26,699 nucleotides of DNA from a virus (IMGVR_UViG_3300017910_000608:1-26699), one strand, 5' to 3'. Shown: positions 16,336 through 25,597, counted from the stretch's first letter. Program-made: numbers and translations. Notes: generated from the letters alone by a model not told the origin.

Positions 16336-16692
16336 ATGATAGTAAAAAAATATGAATTTCCAAGCGAAAAAAAAGCCGACGAATATATAAAAAAATTACC
16401 GCATGCAAAAGATGATGAAGGTAATGAATATCCAATGCATAAAAATTCAATTGTAAAAATTGGTTTTATTTGTATTGAAGACGGCGAAATTGACGAAAAA
16501 GGCGAACAAATTAAAGCGCCAAAATATGCTGAAAAATATTCGGTTGACGTACTTTGGCAAAATTATAATTTGTCTGACGACGATGATTCGGAAAATTATA
16601 ATGATTTAGATTATAAACTTTGGGCCGATTACGAAATTAATATTGAAGATCAAGGCGTTCACCGATTTATGGGCGTTGATTACATTCCATAA
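16336..16692 (+). CDS. fibre-associated protein (possible assembly chaperone)
   Basis: Acidic 118 aa directly after the fibres; DEKGEQIKAP, YSVDVLW, GVHRFMG. Confidence 0.5.
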   Translation: MIVKKYEFPSEKKADEYIKKLPHAKDDEGNEYPMHKNSIVKIGFICIEDGEIDEKGEQIKAPKYAEKYSVDVLWQNYNLSDDDDSENYNDLDYKLWADYEINIEDQGVHRFMGVDYIP

Positions 16693-16707
16693 ATTAAAAT
16701 AAATAAT

Positions 16708-16724
16708 TCGTATATTTACAAAAA
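16708..16724 (+). promoter_or_regulatory. putative late promoter (TCGTATATTTACAAAAA)
   Basis: Identical to 6863-6879; upstream of the tail tube gene. Confidence 0.7.
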
Positions 16725-16751
16725 ATTTAATAAACTTAAAATAAAAAATTT

Positions 16752-17159
16752 ATGGCAACAACGGGAGTTTTTAACGGAACAAATTTACTTTTAAAAATTG
16801 GCGGAACAACTGTCGGTCACACGACATCATGTTCATTGTCTTTATCATTAGACACGCCGGAAGCAACAACAAAAGATTCAGCCGGATTCTCTGAATATAT
16901 CGGCGGCGTCAAAGGCGGTGAAATTTCATTTGAAGGTTTGATCGCTTACGATGATTCGTTCAATGCTATTCAAGCGGCGGACAATCTTTTAAATAGAACA
17001 AAATTAACATGTGTATTCGGAACGGTTGAAAGCGGTGACGCTATTTATACCGCCGACGCATTTTTGACTTCTGTTGAAATGTCCGGCGAAATGGAATCGG
17101 CTGTCACTTATTCCGGTTCGCTAATTATAACCGGCGCAATCGTCAAGAGTACAAACTAA
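16752..17159 (+). CDS. major tail (tube) protein
   Basis: NGT.LLL, TSCSLS, TTKDS.G..EYI.G.K..EISFEG, LTSVEMSG...VTYS.SL..TG; followed by terminator and chaperones. Confidence 0.88.
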   Translation: MATTGVFNGTNLLLKIGGTTVGHTTSCSLSLSLDTPEATTKDSAGFSEYIGGVKGGEISFEGLIAYDDSFNAIQAADNLLNRTKLTCVFGTVESGDAIYTADAFLTSVEMSGEMESAVTYSGSLIITGAIVKSTN

Positions 17160-17180
17160 TTTTAAAAGTTTATTATTTTT

Positions 17181-17214
17181 GGCCGCCGTCATTTTTTTGG
17201 CGGTGGCTTTTTTT
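17181..17214 (+). terminator. Rho-independent terminator after the tail tube gene
   Basis: GCCGCCGTCA/TGGCGGTGGC stem followed by T7. Confidence 0.82.
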
Positions 17215-17240
17215 ATATATTAACGACAAACAAAAAACAA

Positions 17241-17615
17241 ATGGCAAACAAAAACAAAGGTTACATTGACATCAATATCGGTGGCAAAAAACGAACATTA
17301 CATTTTTCAATGAATTTTTGGTCTGAATTTACGGATCAAATGGGTATTTCACTTCAAGACATCGGCGATGCTTTTGAATTCGGTATATCAATAAAAGGAT
17401 TGCGCGCGCTTATTTATTCAGCAATTTTAGCAAACGATTTAGAAAACGGAAAAAATATTGATTATAATATTTACAGCGTTGGTTCTTGGCTTGACGATTT
17501 GCAACCGGATATAATAAATGAAATTGTCAATACAATGTTAGAATCTAAAATTTTGGGCAATTCTTTAAACCAACAAGCTGTCAAACCGGCAAAGATGAAG
17601 CCGTCAAAAAAATAG
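17241..17615 (+). CDS. tail assembly chaperone (gpG-like)
   Basis: Position between tube and tape measure; IGGKKRTLHFS; ends in a slippery sequence. Confidence 0.8.
   Translation: MANKNKGYIDINIGGKKRTLHFSMNFWSEFTDQMGISLQDIGDAFEFGISIKGLRALIYSAILANDLENGKNIDYNIYSVGSWLDDLQPDIINEIVNTMLESKILGNSLNQQAVKPAKMKPSKK
17606..17612 (+). other. programmed -1 ribosomal frameshift site A AAA AAA
   Basis: TCA AAA AAA TAG; the -1 frame is open from 17612 to 17947. Confidence 0.8.
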
Positions 17616-17947
17616 ATTTTGAGAGTTTGACCGATTATTACATTGGATTAATTGGTATTAAACCCAATGATTTTTGGCGGCAAACTTGGCGAGAAAACGC
17701 ATTGATCGCCGAACATTATCACAACAATATAAATTTGCAATGGGAACAAACGCGATATTTGGCGGCAATGATTCACAATGTCCAATGTCAAAAACGTTCG
17801 CAAATGCTAAAACCCGAACAATTGTTTGAATTACCGGTTGATAAAAAGCGCAAACAAAATCGCGACAAACCAAGATCCACGCGCGAACAAATGTTAGCGT
17901 TTGAAAACAAAGTCAAACAAATGACAAACAAAAAAACGTTAAAATAA
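17612..17947 (+). CDS. tail assembly chaperone C-terminal part (gpT; expressed as gpGT fusion)
   Basis: No ATG near its start (track uses TTG 17627); -1 frame relative to gpG; GIKPNDFWRQTWRE motif. Confidence 0.8.
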   Translation: MDFESLTDYYIGLIGIKPNDFWRQTWRENALIAEHYHNNINLQWEQTRYLAAMIHNVQCQKRSQMLKPEQLFELPVDKKRKQNRDKPRSTREQMLAFENKVKQMTNKKTLK

Positions 17948-17961
17948 AAGCGTCTTTTTTT

Positions 17962-17973
17962 TTGTATTTTTGT
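17962..17973 (+). promoter_or_regulatory. putative late promoter (TTGTATTTTTGT)
   Basis: Motif copy directly upstream of the tape measure gene. Confidence 0.55.
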
Positions 17974-17989
17974 TTAAATTATTCTTTTC

Positions 17990-20632
17990 ATGGCCGAATC
18001 AAATCTAAAAATAAATATTACCGGCGATTCGTCGAAACTTAAAAACGCACTTTCAAGCGCTTCATCAAAATTGCAAGCGTTTGGCGGTAAAATGCAAAGC
18101 GTTGGAAAATCAATGACAACAAGTTTGACATTGCCGCTTGTTGCCGCCGGTACAGCTGCTACAAAATTAGCATTGGATTTTAATAAATCAATGACACAAA
18201 TTGAATCATTGGTTGGAATTGCTAACGATAAAGTCAAAGAAATGGGCGAAACCGCAAAAACAATGGCAACAGCAACCGGCAGAAGCGCAAACGAGGCGGC
18301 CGAAGCATTGTTTTTTATAACGTCCGCCGGTTTAAGGGGCGCCGACGCAACCGACACGTTAAACGCTTCTTTAAAAGCTGCTGCGGTTGGGTTAGGGGAA
18401 ACAAAAGTAATTGCAGATTTGGCAACGTCGGCTATGAACGCCTATGGCGTTGAAAATTTGAACGCAACCGGCGCAACCGATATTTTGGTAGCTTCCGTGC
18501 GTGAAGGTAAATTAGAAGCTTCGGAATTAGCCGGCGCAATGGGTGGCGTCATTCCAATCGCGTCAAACATGGGCGTTGGATTTCATGAAGTCGGGGCGGC
18601 ATTGGCTGCAATGTCAAGGACCGGAACAAACGCGGCGGTTGGTGCAACTCAATTGACCGCGATTTTAGCTTCATTAAAAAAACCAACACAACAAAGCGCC
18701 GAAGCAATGTTGGCTTTGGGAACTTCTCAAGAAGAAATTGCTAAATCATTGGCCCAAAAGGGTTTAATGCCTACGTTGATGGATTTGTCCGCTCGTTTGA
18801 AGGCAACCGGAACGGACGCAACGGCAATTTTTCCAAACATTCGAGCCCTTAAAGGGGTTTTGGATTTGACCGGAAAAGGGGCCGAAGACAATCTAAAGAT
18901 ATTCGATGCATTAAGTAATACCCTTGGCGCAACCGATGAAGCCTTCCAAAAAACATCTGAATCTGCGTCATTTAAGTTTGATCAAGGAATGGCAACAGTA
19001 AAAAACTCTTTATTAGAATTAGGAAAAATTGTTTTGCCGGCGGTAGTTAAAGCCGTGACAAAATTGTCAGAATTTGTTAAAGATATGTCAGATAGGTTTC
19101 AAAATTTATCACCTGAAACGCAAAATTTTATTTTGACTCTTACTGCTATTTTGGGGGCAGCCGGACCTTTGCTAATTATATTTGGCAAATTAATGGCCGG
19201 AATTTCTGCACTTGGTCCAATTCTTACAATGGCGGCAACCGGTTTTAGAGTTTTAACAATGGCAATGGCAGCAAATCCAATCATTGCAATTGCGAGCGCG
19301 ATTGCGTTGGTGGTTGTGGCTCTAAATCAATATACAAAGGCACAAAAAGAAGCGACAGCGGCGTCGGTTGCGGATTTAGACCTAAAAGGAGTTAATGAAC
19401 GTTTAAAAGCTGCCGAAGAAGAATTGGCTTATATGGACACTTTAGAATACAAACGTCGTTATTCAATAGGCACGCAAAAGTCAAGAAACAAAAGTTTAAC
19501 AAATGAGATTGCATTGTTAAAAGAACGAAAAAAAGCTTTAGAAGAACAAGCGAAGGCAGAAAATCAAGAAATTGAAGCACAAACCCAACAAGCCGACAGC
19601 GGTTCTGAAATGCAATCTTTATTGGAAAAATATAAAAATTTGAATAAAAATATTGTTCAAAACGACGAAGAGGCCGCAGAGAAAAGAAAAAAAATAAAAG
19701 AAGAAATTGACAAAGCTATAATAACAACAGATCGTGAATCTTATATTGCAAGAAAAGCAGAGGCCGAAAAACATTACAACAATTTAATTAAAAATGTTGA
19801 GGAGGGATCAGAACTCGAAAAACAATTGATTCAAGCCAAAAACAATACATTGGCCCAAATTGAAAGTGACGAACAAAGCCGAATTTTAGAAATAAAACAA
19901 AAATTTGCAGATATAACAAACGCAAGTGAAGAGGAGCAAAATGCGCTTGAAATAGAACGTATAAGACAACAATTTGCGGAATTGCGACAATTGGCGATTG
20001 ACAATAATTTAATGACCGCAGAACAACAAAAGGCATTTGATGCAGCCCAAGCCGAAGCCGAGGCCGAAGTATATGAAGAAAAAAAGGTTCGTTTTCTTGG
20101 GTTCATGGTTTCACAACAAGAGGCTTTGGAATTAATGCAAAATATTGGGGGGCAAATTGATGCATCATTTTCTGCCATTGGGAATTCAATTATGCAAATG
20201 TTTGGCGGCGCACAATCAGCAACCGGCGCATTTGTCGGAGTGCTTGCAAAAGACGCCTTAAAAATATTAGCTCATAATTTAAAAATTTCATTGGCCGGCG
20301 GTACTGCTGCTGCAACTGAAACTGCAAAAAGCTTTGGGCCTGCTGCGGCGTTTGTTTTGCCCGCTTTGATTGCAGGCGCAACGGCTTTAATTTCAGGTAC
20401 ATTTGCTAAATTTGCGGCAGGTGGTATTGTTAGCGGCCCAACAATGGGGTTGGTTGGTGAATACCCCGGCGCGCGACAAAATCCGGAAGTTATTGCGCCG
20501 CTAAATAAATTGCAATCAATGATTGGGGGCGGTAATCAAAATATAAATGTTGGCGGTCAAATAAGATTAGAAGGTCAAGACTTATTGATTGCGATTCAGC
20601 GAGCAAATGAAACGGCGGATCGTTTATTTTAA
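17990..20632 (+). CDS. tail tape measure protein
   Basis: 880 aa, Ala-rich helical, TP901-like core, coiled-coil middle, C-terminal FAAGGIVSGPT..VGE...PEVIAPL. Confidence 0.93.
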   Translation: MAESNLKINITGDSSKLKNALSSASSKLQAFGGKMQSVGKSMTTSLTLPLVAAGTAATKLALDFNKSMTQIESLVGIANDKVKEMGETAKTMATATGRSANEAAEALFFITSAGLRGADATDTLNASLKAAAVGLGETKVIADLATSAMNAYGVENLNATGATDILVASVREGKLEASELAGAMGGVIPIASNMGVGFHEVGAALAAMSRTGTNAAVGATQLTAILASLKKPTQQSAEAMLALGTSQEEIAKSLAQKGLMPTLMDLSARLKATGTDATAIFPNIRALKGVLDLTGKGAEDNLKIFDALSNTLGATDEAFQKTSESASFKFDQGMATVKNSLLELGKIVLPAVVKAVTKLSEFVKDMSDRFQNLSPETQNFILTLTAILGAAGPLLIIFGKLMAGISALGPILTMAATGFRVLTMAMAANPIIAIASAIALVVVALNQYTKAQKEATAASVADLDLKGVNERLKAAEEELAYMDTLEYKRRYSIGTQKSRNKSLTNEIALLKERKKALEEQAKAENQEIEAQTQQADSGSEMQSLLEKYKNLNKNIVQNDEEAAEKRKKIKEEIDKAIITTDRESYIARKAEAEKHYNNLIKNVEEGSELEKQLIQAKNNTLAQIESDEQSRILEIKQKFADITNASEEEQNALEIERIRQQFAELRQLAIDNNLMTAEQQKAFDAAQAEAEAEVYEEKKVRFLGFMVSQQEALELMQNIGGQIDASFSAIGNSIMQMFGGAQSATGAFVGVLAKDALKILAHNLKISLAGGTAAATETAKSFGPAAAFVLPALIAGATALISGTFAKFAAGGIVSGPTMGLVGEYPGARQNPEVIAPLNKLQSMIGGGNQNINVGGQIRLEGQDLLIAIQRANETADRLF

Positions 20633-20644
20633 TATTTAAAATTT

Positions 20645-23131
20645 ATGTCATACGGTTTAAAATACCAATTAAATTTTTCCGATGTTTTAGGACATGGAAA
20701 ACAAATTCAAATTTTAAAAAAAAATTATTCCGGTCAAGCTTTGCCGATCATTGGGACAGCAAACCCCGTGACAATAACATGGAACGGAAAAGATGATTTT
20801 TATTCGCCCATAATTGGTTCAAGCTGTACATTAAATTTTATGGTGACGGATTCCGTTCAATACGATGATTTTTATAAATTTGACGAACGTGAATACAAAG
20901 TAGTTATTAATTATGCAAAAAGCAAAACGGATTCTTACATTGATCGCGTTGAAAATGACGGCGGTTTGTATGAAACTGCAAATTGTATATCAAATAAAAT
21001 TTTAGATTTTGAAACAATTTCAACAACATATCGTCATCGTGTTATTGACGACGGTGGTTTTGTTGAGTCTTTAAGCTGTATTCAAAACGTCATTACCGAT
21101 TCAAATGTATATTCTTTTGACACTTATTGGACGGGTTTTTTGGTCGTTGATAGATTCAAAGAAAAATTAACGTCATTTCCTTTTGCGGTTTCTTTTAAAG
21201 CCTTTGACGGTCTTGGAACCCTAAAAAAATTTGATGCCCCAATTTTTACAAATGATTCATCAGTACCGGCTCCAAAAACTTCGAGTGGCGCAACACCGGC
21301 CGGAACAACCGGCTTGACTGACGTTAAAAGAATTGCAACAATTCTACAAAATCTCGGATTGGATCTGCCTTTACATTTTAGAACCGATATTGCCGCACGC
21401 GATGAAGATTTAGGTGAAATTATATTTCCAAATACAATAACATTTGCGGCGGGAAAATTCGAATTTAATAAAGGTTACGATTTATATGACGCAAAAACAC
21501 AACTAGAATTGTTATTGACTTTGTATCATTGTAGAATTTTTCAATCTTTTGGTCGTTGGTATATTGTTCAAAATTCAAATATTTTTGATCAAAATATAAA
21601 AGACCAAATTCAAACATCCGTATCAACCGGCACCGTTCCAACGGGAATTCGTGACAGCATTACAACACAAATAACAAATCAAAAAAAGGAAGTTTTAAAA
21701 ACAACTGTTTTTAATTCCGATGGAACTTCGCAAACATCACAATTAAACAAAGAGGTTTTAAAAATAGCGCCTAAATTTTTGCTGCCGATTGGTGATAATT
21801 TAATAAGAGAGTTTATACAACCTTTAAGTGAAAATATTAGGGAAGCCAAATCATCGCAATTAAATTTTGCCAATTATAACAACAATCCCGGTTTTGAATA
21901 CGGAACATTTGGATGGACAATAACGGGTTCAAATGCCGCATTAACAACAAATGACATTGTGAGTCAAGGCATAAATTCAATTAGAATTGCTGATTCCGTT
22001 TCAACGGGCTCAACCGAAGTCGTATGTTTTGAAAGTGACACATCATTGTCAAATGTATATCCAGTTATTGGTTTAAGTCAAGAGAGTTTTGCCGAACTAT
22101 TTGCCTCAATTCCAAATACTTTTCAAGATCTTTTAAATTTTGAAGATTTTATGGGTTTAAAATTACAAATCGGTTATTTTATTGAGGTTAACGCGTCAAA
22201 ATCAACAGTCATAACAAACCAAATAAAAATTCGTTATAGAATTTTTTACGAAATTGACGCTTCATCACCAACATATTCAAGCGTTTATTTTAATGAACGC
22301 ACGAAATCTTGGACAACTTCCGTAGTTACAAATCAAAAGGTCGTTAAAACATTCAATTCATGGCAAAAAATTGATTTAGATTTGAAAGGTTTGGATTATA
22401 TTGGTGGGCCCGATTACGAAACTCCTTTGGGAAAATTAAAAGTAATTATATTAAATCCCGAAGTACCGACGTCATTCACCGATTATGTCGCTTTATACTT
22501 TGACAACGTGGCATTCCAAACAGATAGGGCAGCAATCGCCAATACAATGCAACCGCTTTTAAATACATCAATAATTAACAAAAACGGCGACGATGCTGGT
22601 GAAATCAACATAAGTTTCAAAGAAAAGGCAAAACGTCAATCGTCAATTGAAGTTTCAAATATAAAGACTCAAAAAATACCTTATTTATTTAACATAAGAA
22701 CTGAATTATCAGATTTTGTTGTTAATGCTGCGGGTAGTGGTCCGGGTACTGTTGTTCTGCCGGAAATTAAAGGCGTCATGTTTCCAAACCCGGAAACATT
22801 TTATTGGTATCGTACACGCGATAATTACAATGCCGGTGCCGGTTTAAGTAATTTTTACAAATCTTTACATCGGATTGTTAGTCAAACAATAATGAATGAT
22901 TTTAGGGATTTTGTGACACGTTATGAAGGTTCCTTTAGAGATACGCAAACGCGTCCTCTCGCAATGAATAATAGAATTTTATTTGATTGGCCAAATGTAC
23001 TTTCAGAGGCACAACCTGCAATTGTTGACAAATTAAAATACAATGTAAAAAATGCGGAATTCAATGTCACGTCACACATTCCAAACGATGACGATGATGT
23101 ATCTTTAGATTTTGTAGTTACAACCGAATAA
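20645..23131 (+). CDS. large tail-tip/baseplate hub-like protein with central beta-sandwich insert
   Basis: Follows the tape measure; YWTGFL, AFDGLGTLK, RIFQSFGRWYIV; NPGFE..GW...YFDNV CBM-like segment. Confidence 0.65.
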   Translation: MSYGLKYQLNFSDVLGHGKQIQILKKNYSGQALPIIGTANPVTITWNGKDDFYSPIIGSSCTLNFMVTDSVQYDDFYKFDEREYKVVINYAKSKTDSYIDRVENDGGLYETANCISNKILDFETISTTYRHRVIDDGGFVESLSCIQNVITDSNVYSFDTYWTGFLVVDRFKEKLTSFPFAVSFKAFDGLGTLKKFDAPIFTNDSSVPAPKTSSGATPAGTTGLTDVKRIATILQNLGLDLPLHFRTDIAARDEDLGEIIFPNTITFAAGKFEFNKGYDLYDAKTQLELLLTLYHCRIFQSFGRWYIVQNSNIFDQNIKDQIQTSVSTGTVPTGIRDSITTQITNQKKEVLKTTVFNSDGTSQTSQLNKEVLKIAPKFLLPIGDNLIREFIQPLSENIREAKSSQLNFANYNNNPGFEYGTFGWTITGSNAALTTNDIVSQGINSIRIADSVSTGSTEVVCFESDTSLSNVYPVIGLSQESFAELFASIPNTFQDLLNFEDFMGLKLQIGYFIEVNASKSTVITNQIKIRYRIFYEIDASSPTYSSVYFNERTKSWTTSVVTNQKVVKTFNSWQKIDLDLKGLDYIGGPDYETPLGKLKVIILNPEVPTSFTDYVALYFDNVAFQTDRAAIANTMQPLLNTSIINKNGDDAGEINISFKEKAKRQSSIEVSNIKTQKIPYLFNIRTELSDFVVNAAGSGPGTVVLPEIKGVMFPNPETFYWYRTRDNYNAGAGLSNFYKSLHRIVSQTIMNDFRDFVTRYEGSFRDTQTRPLAMNNRILFDWPNVLSEAQPAIVDKLKYNVKNAEFNVTSHIPNDDDDVSLDFVVTTE

Positions 23132-23150
23132 AATATTTGCTTTGTTTGTC

Positions 23151-23191
23151 GGCCGTCGTGATTTCTGAATTGATTTGCGGCGGTTTTTTTT
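23151..23191 (+). terminator. Rho-independent terminator ending the late region
   Basis: GCCGTCGT/GCGGCGGT stem (several G-U pairs) followed by a T-run. Confidence 0.65.
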
Positions 23192-23221
23192 AAAATATTT
23201 TTTTATTTAAAAGAAATTTTT

Positions 23222-23229
23222 TATTTTTG
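23222..23229 (+). promoter_or_regulatory. early promoter -7 element (TATTTTTG)
   Basis: TAnnTTTG in AT-rich gap ahead of the recombination module. Confidence 0.55.
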
Positions 23230-23252
23230 TGATCAATACAATATTTAAAAAT

Positions 23253-23441
23253 ATGTTTGAAAACAAATTTAAAGCGGAATTGAAACGCTTAAAGCTAAAA
23301 CGATACGATGTTTGCGAATTACTTAATTGTACAATGCCAACATTAAAATCACGTTTACAAAATCCGGATTCATTCACAATTGCCGAAGTCACTATTTTAA
23401 GTGACGCCGGTTTTGGCATGTCTGAAATACTAGAAATTTAA
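23253..23441 (+). CDS. Cro-like HTH DNA-binding protein
   Basis: KRYDVCELLNCTMPTLKSRL..P..FT..E; ATG 23253 preferred because GTG 23229 overlaps the promoter element. Confidence 0.72.
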   Translation: MFENKFKAELKRLKLKRYDVCELLNCTMPTLKSRLQNPDSFTIAEVTILSDAGFGMSEILEI

Positions 23442-23462
23442 AAACCTTTAAAATTTAATAGA

Positions 23463-23966
23463 ATGAAAACAATTAACATTAAAGGGCGCGAATACATTAC
23501 AGTTAATGAGCGTCTAAAATATTTTAGAAGCGAATCAAAATTTAATGGTTGGCAAATTAAAGAATCATTGATCCACATTGACGAAAAGGAAGGTATTTTT
23601 AAAGTGACAATCAGCGACAACAAAGGCGTTAAAATTGCGTCGGCGCATTCGCAAGAGTACCGCGATTCGTCTTATATTAACAAAACGTCGTTTGTTGAAA
23701 ATGGTTTCACTTCGGCATTGGGCCGGGCGTTGGGTTATTTAGGCATTGGAATTGACACGTCAATTGCTTCGGCGAATGAAGTACAAAACGCCGTTGAAAA
23801 TCAAATCGCCGAAAAGCCTAAAATAAAAGAGGGTAAAAAATGGCTGACAGACGCGCAATTTAATGCGACAATGAAGGCAACAAAAGAACAAGCCGAAAAG
23901 GTATTGGCCGGCTTTTTAATGAAAAAACAATACAGCGAACAAATAAAGCAAAAATTTAATATTTAA
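23463..23966 (+). CDS. single-strand annealing protein (Rad52/Sak-like, putative)
   Basis: KGREYITVNERL, ENGFTSALGRALGYLGIG, SIASANEV; next to SSB and exonuclease. Confidence 0.65.
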   Translation: MKTINIKGREYITVNERLKYFRSESKFNGWQIKESLIHIDEKEGIFKVTISDNKGVKIASAHSQEYRDSSYINKTSFVENGFTSALGRALGYLGIGIDTSIASANEVQNAVENQIAEKPKIKEGKKWLTDAQFNATMKATKEQAEKVLAGFLMKKQYSEQIKQKFNI

Positions 23967-23979
23967 AATCAAATAAAAA

Positions 23980-24216
23980 ATGGCATACGAACATAACAAT
24001 GGTAACGGTAGTTTATTTAAAAACACCAACAAAACTAATGACAATCAACCCGATTATTCGGGTTCAATTAAACTACAAGACGGCACGAATCAACAAATCG
24101 CGGCTTGGGTGAGGGAAGGCGCAAAAGGCAAATTCTTTTCAATCAAATTGTCCGATCCATACGTCAAGCCGGAAGCGGCAACGGTTGCCGAAACTTCCGA
24201 CGATTTGCCGTTTTAA
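23980..24216 (+). CDS. phage single-stranded DNA-binding protein (putative)
   Basis: GSLFKN, QPDYSG, IAAW, and acidic SSB-type tail DDLPF. Confidence 0.72.
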   Translation: MAYEHNNGNGSLFKNTNKTNDNQPDYSGSIKLQDGTNQQIAAWVREGAKGKFFSIKLSDPYVKPEAATVAETSDDLPF

Positions 24217-24239
24217 ACGACAAAACGACAAACAAAGCG

Positions 24240-24273
24240 AAAAGCGGTTTCAGATATGAGGCCGTTTTTTTTT
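24240..24273 (+). terminator. Rho-independent terminator
   Basis: GCGGTTTCA-GATA-TGAGGCCGT stem followed by a T-run. Confidence 0.75.
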
Positions 24274-24327
24274 ATTTATATTTTGTGAATTGAAAATATA
24301 TTTTTAATTTTAGAAAAAATTAACAAA

Positions 24328-24456
24328 ATGGAAAATTTGATGATTAAATATTTGCAATTGAGAATTCAAGCAATGCAAAAAAAAATTGATAAACTTGAAA
24401 CAATAATTGATGAAATAAATAATTATCAAATAATTGAAAACGATATAAAACAATAA
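24328..24456 (+). CDS. small coiled-coil protein, 42 aa
   Basis: Manual translation MENLMIKYLQLRIQAMQKKIDKLE...; stop 2 nt before the next ATG. Confidence 0.62.
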   Translation: MENLMIKYLQLRIQAMQKKIDKLETIIDEINNYQIIENDIKQ

Positions 24457-24458
24457 AA

Positions 24459-25214
24459 ATGAAAACACAATTTGACACAAATGAAAAATATCATTCGACG
24501 CCGGGAATCAGCGCGTCGGGTTTAAAAGCTATTTATAAAAAATCGGTATATCATTTCATTAACCAAAAACCGTTTGAATCGTCAGCAATGGCGCTTGGAA
24601 CGGCCGTACATTGCGCCATATTAGAACCGGAACTTTATTACAAAGATTTTCACGTCATGCCAAAAATTGATCGCCGCACAAAGGCCGGAAAAGAACAATT
24701 TGAAATTGAACAAAAAAAGGCCGAAGGCAAAAAAATTGTTTCTTTTGATGATCATGAAAAAATTACAAAAATTTTGGACAACTTTAAAAAACACGATTTG
24801 GCGCAAAAATATTGTCAAGGTGAAATTGAATTATCTCATTATGGTATACACGAGGGTTTGGACGTTCGGGTTCGCCCCGATTGTTTGAACCGCGTTTCGG
24901 GTTTTATTTCGGACGTTAAAACATGCCAAGATAATGCGCCGTCGGCTTTTCGACGTGACGTGTATAAATACGCCTATCACCTGCAAGCAGCTTTTTACAT
25001 GGATCAATGCGGCGTTGACAATTTTAAATTTATTGCCGTTGAAACAAATCATCCATTTACGGTTGAGGTTTACACATTAAGCGACGAAATGATTGATCAA
25101 GGCCGTAAAGCATGGAAAAGGGCGTTTGATGATTGGAAGATTTATTGCGAAACGGGGATTGTTTCGGGTTATTCTTGGAATGAATTTCACGACGACGGAA
25201 GTTTAATATTATAA
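24459..25214 (+). CDS. RecE/exonuclease VIII-like PD-(D/E)xK nuclease (DUF3799-like)
   Basis: YH...ISASGLK, GTAVHCAILEP, RVRPD, DVKT, YHLQAAFY, FIAVE...PF. Confidence 0.88.
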   Translation: MKTQFDTNEKYHSTPGISASGLKAIYKKSVYHFINQKPFESSAMALGTAVHCAILEPELYYKDFHVMPKIDRRTKAGKEQFEIEQKKAEGKKIVSFDDHEKITKILDNFKKHDLAQKYCQGEIELSHYGIHEGLDVRVRPDCLNRVSGFISDVKTCQDNAPSAFRRDVYKYAYHLQAAFYMDQCGVDNFKFIAVETNHPFTVEVYTLSDEMIDQGRKAWKRAFDDWKIYCETGIVSGYSWNEFHDDGSLIL

Positions 25215-25216
25215 AA

Positions 25217-25597
25217 ATGGAATTAAAACAAATAATAAAATTAGTAAACAAACATTTTAAATGTGACATTAGACAAAACAAACGCGATCGCGAAATTGTG
25301 ATGGCGCGCGCTGTTTATTTTTGGCTTGCAAAAAATGTTTGTAAAATATCAATGAAAAAAATCGGCGCAGCCGTTGGCCGTGATCACGCGTCGGTTTTAT
25401 ACGGTTTAGCAAATTTAGATAATTGGATACGGTTTGATGATTTTTTCCGTGTTGATTTTGAAACACTGAAAATGATTGTTTTTAGCAATTACGAAAGTGA
25501 AAAAATGACCGCCGAAACATTGCTTTATAAATACAATACTTTATTAATTGAAAACGACATTTTAAAAAAACAACTTAAAAACAAAAAAAATGAATAA
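25217..25597 (+). CDS. DnaA domain IV-like HTH protein with C-terminal coiled coil
   Basis: R.REIVMARAVYFWLAK....SMKKIG...GRDHASVLYG matches the DnaA C-terminal signature (RDHTTV). Confidence 0.78.
   Translation: MELKQIIKLVNKHFKCDIRQNKRDREIVMARAVYFWLAKNVCKISMKKIGAAVGRDHASVLYGLANLDNWIRFDDFFRVDFETLKMIVFSNYESEKMTAETLLYKYNTLLIENDILKKQLKNKKNE

Noticed and set aside
17931-17963. Terminator before the tape measure gene
   Set aside because: Only a weak 5-bp stem; the T-run is better explained as part of the promoter-like motif.
5189-24888. Nested + strand ORFs 5189-5416, 15478-15660, 24105-24293, 24667-24888
   Set aside because: Alternate frames overlapping well-supported genes or terminators; no motifs or good start context.
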